A stretch of 64,000 nucleotides of DNA, taken from the NCBI GenBank assembly GCA_001179505.1, contig CDMY01000091.1, positions 130,819 through 194,818 of the forward strand. Direction: 5' to 3'. Positions 58,940-64,000 of the stretch are shown in pieces. Position numbers and translations under genes: made by a program. The notes below the pieces were generated by a model, which was not told where the DNA came from, ran no database searches, and worked only from the letters and a program-made list of their open reading frames with translations. Each line of letters begins with the position of its first letter. The stretch's first letter is position 1. This stretch comes from Vitrella brassicaformis CCMP3155 (taxonomy: Eukaryota; Protista; Chromerida).

Positions 58940-59489
58940 AGGGGTGGGACTTGGTGGGGGGGATCAGTGACAGTTTTACTTATTCAATGACACTTGGCTG
59001 GTGGATGCATGGGAAATTCCCCAGCTCCTCATCAATGTCGTCTTTGTGACTGTCACTACTACAACTGCAGCTGTTGTGTACGTCTAGGTTGCTGTGTGAT
59101 GTGCGTGTGTCTTGCTGGACTAATTGGCACCGATGTGTCGATGTGTGGATGGATGGATGGATGGATGGATGGATGTGTGGATGGGTGTGTGGATGCGTGT
59201 GTGGATCGCACAAACGAGACCTGGATAACAACCTTCATTCACGCACCGTCCGTCATCCCATCCCATGCACAAGTCACCGGCCGCCATCACATCAGCCGAG
59301 GGCATGCAGATCGATCCGCTCGCCGCAACACACAGGCAAGCAGACAAACCATCCATCAACCCATCCGTGTGTCCATGGATGCGGCAATAAAACGATACAT
59401 GAAATGACTGTAGTGGAACAGCGAATAACACACAAAGACACACCCCTCCCCGCAACCATGGCCGGCCCTCCACCCCTGACTCCCGCCCC

Positions 59490-60154
59490 ATGTCGAGACG
59501 CCTTCGTCCGGTATTCTCACGTGTCGGTTGGCAAATCGGATTGCTCCGCACGAGGCAGATGTCACCTCGGCGGAGCACCTCAAACTTTGGATTTTTTCCT
59601 GATGGTCCGCGCACACATTCAAACCCAGTGAGTGTCCACTACTCACTGCAGCTCGCTCATTGTGTCAGAGGGGTCCTTACGTCGCTGCGGCATCCGTCCC
59701 TTCATCCGCACGACAAAGGGATCCTCCTCCCTCTCCCCTCTGCACACACACACACACACACACACACACGTGTCGTGTGCAGACACAAAAGTGGTCTCGT
59801 GAGCGCGTACCTGCCTGGATACACATCCACGATGCGCTGTGTGTCGTCTCCATCACAGTCCAGCAGCACCACCTCAGCTCGGCTCGTCCACCGCCCGTAG
59901 TTGTTGAAGATGAAGTCCTTCACGTCACCCAGGGTGGCGAAGGGCGTGCTGGGGGGCATACTCAGTCCCATTGGGGGTGTTCTGGCACCATCGTCATAAG
60001 CGAACTGGAAGAACCGATACGTCCGGGGATAGTCATCTTCAAACACCGCCAACTCCACCGGACCAGACGTCCGACCACTCTGGATCTGGCTGTCACCGCT
60101 GCTCTGCATCTGCTCACCGCTCCCGCAGCACGAGTTGAAGATCCACATCCACAT
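59490..60154 (-). CDS. Small protein with possible ubiquitin-like (DWNN-like) domain
   Basis: MWMWIFNSCCGSG...TYRFFQF...FATLGDVKDFIFNNYG...EVVLLDCDGDDTQ, plus a downstream exon FEVLRRGDICLVRSNP. This resembles the DWNN pattern (YKF...V.DLK..I...L.I.N...IPRNSSVIVRR.P). Exon joins uncertain. Confidence 0.35.
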
Positions 60155-61933
60155 CGCTCGAAGCTCCGCTAACAGACAGTCAGAGATGCGCCGCAAAACA
60201 ACTCCATGGATTTGGAATGGATGAACGATGGCGAAGGCTACCTCCTCGTCGACGGAGCGATGCAGCAATGCGTACACAGCCAGTCAGTGATGCAGCGGCA
60301 GCGATTTGGGAAGAGAAAAGCACCCAGATTCGGATCGCGAGCTTGAAGCCAAAGATGGAAGAGCAAAAAGAGGGCACGCAGCTCAGCAGGACGCACGGCA
60401 GCTTCAGTTGATCTAAGACGGTAGGCATCGAGATGATGAGTCAAGAGTCAGACGCTCCTGCACAGATCTGAGTCTTGGCCTTGTTCGTTCCCTTGCAGGC
60501 CTGTACGTAGGCCTGTTTGATAGCGACAGATGGCGGCTTCACAGCTCCTGTTGATGAGTCATTTGTGCTGTCGCTGTGTCTGTTGTGTTCCTGCAGATGG
60601 GTTGTGTCCCCTGCAGAGACGGTCCTCGTGCTCTCGCGCAACCCATCTCGTGCACTTGGCACTCCCATCATCACAAAAATAGGCGACAGGGGTGATTGGC
60701 ATCTTCCATCCCCCTGGCCGCCCATCTATCGGCTCAGTCTATGTGCAGCTGTACAGCTGCCCCAGCCAAGCCAGAAACCGGTACACGCAATCGTGAACAA
60801 CATGACATCGTGTGCACGAGAGTAGATGACTCACGACTCCTTCTTCTCGTCATCTGATGGTGCCGATACGCGTGGGAAAAGAAACGCTGTGAGCACACAC
60901 GCACACACACACTGCCATCCCGATGCCGCCTTGCTGCCGCTTGTCTGCTGTCTGTCTGTCTGTTCAGGTGGTCGACAGCACCGAGCGTCGTCCGCTAGCA
61001 GCCGGTTTCCTGAGCACGGCGCTTCACCTGGCGCGATGCCAGCTATCATCGCTTTCTGATGTGGATGTGTGAATGCGTGAATGTGTATGCGTGTCGATGG
61101 TGGTGTGTGAATCATGCGGACTAAGTGTGTGCTATTTCACACACTCTGTTTGCCTTGCGTGTGCGAAAGACACCGGCCAGTCATTCTATGTCAAGTACGC
61201 TCAATGCATTGAGGCGTCTGACACACAAAATAGAGTCATTCCATTTGTCACAGACAGCCGTGGGCATCCAGCCGTCTGTCTGCACACAGTTATGTCACAC
61301 ACACGGGCTGGACGGATGGATTGCAGTGAGCCGAGGCAAGAAGCAGGCAGGCAGGCAGGATGCAGACAGGCAGGCAGTCTGAGTTAGTGGGGAGGTCGGC
61401 CACCGATGGGCGGCCTATCGCTCTCTATCGACTAGCTGCGGATGTACGGCGTCATGTGTGTGTGTGTCCGTCGTGCGGAGGCCGCCATCCTTCTCGCTGT
61501 ACACTCACTCGGCCAGCCAATCTGTCGGTCTGTCCGTCTGCCCACCACGCCGATCTGACTTATCTCTCTTCCCATAGCGGCGGGCCAGTCCATCGCATAG
61601 ACAGTCAGGCAAACAGACAGACCAACAGCCAGACAGCTGGACAGATTGGCTCCCTCCCTCCCTCCCTCCCTCCCTCTCGACTGTTTCTCCCCCCATGGCG
61701 ATCGATGTATGCGACGTCCCACACGCACATAGTCAGGCACATTATGTATCACCCACCCATTCACACGTCCGTGCTTCTACGTGCGCAGCCGGTTGTCGCT
61801 GTGGTTGCAGGGCGGCTAGTGATGTGCCTTGTGGGGCGGGCGGCGGAGGGGCTCCAACGTGACGACGGGGCCGGGAGGCGGTGGGAAGATCATCCTGATG
61901 GATCCAGCACACACACACAAAGGATAATGTCAA

Positions 61934-63383
61934 TCAGCCGACCAGTTTGGCGTGTGTGCCCTTCCCACCGCACCAGGAATGGCACAGCAACTCATTCAGT
62001 GTCGATCGCGCTTGGGGGTCGGTGGCTGTGGCTGTCTGGATGAAGTTCGCGACCTCGTTGGTGAGCAGTCGGGCGTGGCCGGGGTGAGACAATGTTTTCC
62101 TCAACGTCCGCCTGCACACAACGCACCACATGACGTCTGTGTGCAGGCGTGTGTCTGCCGTGTGGGGTGGGGGCGTGTGTGTGGGGGGGTTGGGGTGTGC
62201 GGACCCTATCATGTAGACAGCCGCCTTATCTGGGTCGATGGTGTCGTCGCCCCTCTTCATCTGAGCAGCCACAGACACACAGCGTTCGTTTTCATCTGAG
62301 CGATTGGGTGTTTGTGGAGTGTGTGCGGACCTCTGGTAGTGTGGTGTTATCGTCGCCAACCAAGTCCAAAAAGCTCCTGACCGACCCGTCCTGCACACAC
62401 CAAGACAACACCGGGGGTCACTCTGTGTGTGTGGGTGTAATGTCTGTAATGGCGGACGTCGTTGTGCTTGAAGAGATTCATTCCGCCACGCATATCCGCG
62501 AGTTTGACAGTGCCCCGACCATCGACCAGAAAGTCCTTGAGGTCCCATGAGCTGCAGACAGACCGACACACACAGAGAAGATCCGATGGATGCTGTCGTG
62601 TGTGTCCCATTTGTGTGTGTGCGCGGACTTGAGATAGACGCCGAGCTTCTTGAGCTCGACCTGCGTCTCTATCAGCTGCTCCGTCCAGAGGTGGGCATCG
62701 TTCTCGCTGACGGGCGCACTCCGGGAGAAGAGGCGCCCGTGCAGCGTGTCGTAGTTGGCCAAATCCTCGAACTCAAAGAAGGAAACATCACGATAATGGT
62801 ATACCTGCAGGCCACATCAGACACACACACACAAGCAGTCGAGTGTGGCCGGGTGAGCGTATGTGTGTCCTCCCTCCCTCGCCCTTTGTGCTGTCCTTAC
62901 CCCCCTCAGCCTCGCAAAGTGCCTCATGCCCTCCCACTCGGCCCTCTCGAGCACCCCCACCTGCCGCTGCACCCTCCCCATCCAGTCGAGCCCCTTGGTG
63001 GGGCTCTTGTTGTACACCTCCACCAGGCTGCTGTGCTGCCCCAGGCGGTCCTTCCTGGACGAGCGGGTGGTGTCCTGGGGGTGGGTGGCCTTGCGCTGCG
63101 CCGGGAAGTAGAAGGTGTTGGCGGCTCCGATGCCTCTGGACTGGTCGTACTTGTACTTCTTGGGCAGGTCGAAGTACGTGCGGGAGAAGCTGTCGTTGTG
63201 GACGTCCTGCAGGTCAAATTGCGGGGCGCGGAGGTAGTCGTATGTGCCGAGCCCTCTCGCCAGGCCCATTTGAGTGCGATAACATTCGTCGGGCTGGTGG
63301 AAGAAGCGGCGGAAGCGCCCGAACGGCACAAAGGTGTTGCTGCCGCTCCACAGGTCACCCAAATCCATCGCTATGCACGTCAT
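61934..63383 (-). CDS. Pseudokinase family copy D (most complete copy)
   Basis: MTCIAMDLGDLWSGSNTFVPFGRFRRFFHQPDECYRTQMGLARGLGTYDY...GLDWMGRVQRQVGVLERAEWEGMRHFARLRG|VYHYRDVSFFEFEDLANYDTLHGRLF...LKKLGVY|SWDLKDFLVDGRGTVKLADMRGG|...TTLPEV|...DKAAVYMIG|...NEVANFIQTATATDPQARSTLNELLCHSW. A further exon may lie at about 61750-61900. Confidence 0.75.
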
Positions 63384-63812
63384 ACTGGTAATGGTTTGCC
63401 GCCAAGGCGCAACGTCGACACCGAGTCGACACAGATCTCGGCCAGCGAGATCTCGGCCAAACGGGCCAAACGGCTATGGCATGGCCATGGCACATACGGC
63501 GGCACGATTCTGGCGCTGCTGCAGGCTGCAGCAGGCCGGCAATGGGCTTATCGGATGGTGCCCTTGGGTGTGGGTTCCCGCCGGCCACCGTGCTGTTCCC
63601 CCATTCTCGGCATCATCATCAGTGAGGAGGAGGGCATCTCTCTATCTGGAGCGACCTGCAGCTGAAATCTGCTGATGCCAGGGATCTCTCGGCGTGCTAG
63701 TGAGCATGTGTGGCTGCGTGTGTGTGATGAGAGAACGTTCAGCCAGTCGACGCTTTAACCTCTGTCTCAGCACCGTCACGCGCATCGTCGCAAGAGACAC
63801 GACCATCCAATT

Positions 63813-64000
63813 CAAGGCAAGCGTCTTGGTGGTCGAAAACTGGCTGCGAGCCATGAAAACCGACCTCTGAGCCCAAAACCAGCTTTGCACAGTGCAAAAC
63901 CGGTTTTGCGACAGAGAAAACCGGTTTGCGATAGAGAAAACCGGTTTTGCACTGTGCAAAGCTGGTTTTGGGCTCAGAGGTCGGTTTTCGTGGCTCGCAG
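63813..64000. mobile_element. Foldback element copy 4, spacerless hairpin derivative (runs off window end)
   Basis: The CAAGGCAAGC arm proceeds to agagaaaaccggttttgcactgtgcaaagctggttttggg. The inner arms and spacer are deleted, and the sequence folds back directly at an AAAACCGGTTTT palindrome. Confidence 0.85.

Noticed and set aside
60238-61115. Possible minus-strand exons (AVKPPSVAIKQAYVQACKG...)
   Set aside because: No consistent spliced frame or homology could be built.
62547-63665. 372-aa plus-strand ORF (similarly 32926-33546 on minus)
   Set aside because: It is antisense to pseudokinase exons and runs through introns.

Overview
Eukaryotic, GC-rich, intron-dense genomic DNA. Introns are short (about 50-110 nt), GT-AG, and full of (GT)n/(CA)n/(GGAT)n microsatellites. 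This style plus the gene content suggests a chromerid alveolate such as Vitrella brassicaformis (inference). Most ORFs in the supplied track are exon fragments or noise, so gene models were spliced by eye. Recognisable genes: the 3' part of a Sec14/CRAL-TRIO protein, an atypical Ser/Thr kinase, an F-box-like/LRR-like protein, a highly divergent kinase-fold protein, a large low-complexity nuclear protein, a disabled LRR + Cys-repeat + multipass-TM receptor gene (CRMP-like), guanylate kinase, a fused TIGR04282(DUF2064)-TIGR04283(GT2) transferase, a KH-domain protein, Rab1, a GT90 glycosyltransferase and a possible DWNN/ubiquitin-like protein. The window also holds four copies of a pseudokinase family with a shared unrecognised N-terminal domain, four copies of a ~390-bp foldback element with CAAGG termini and ~21-bp phased AAAACCGG subrepeats, and three 300-N gaps. 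Best leads: the intron-containing fused 'arsenosugar-associated' transferase lying head-to-head with guanylate kinase, the pseudokinase family, the foldback element, and the LRR-CRMP-like receptor.
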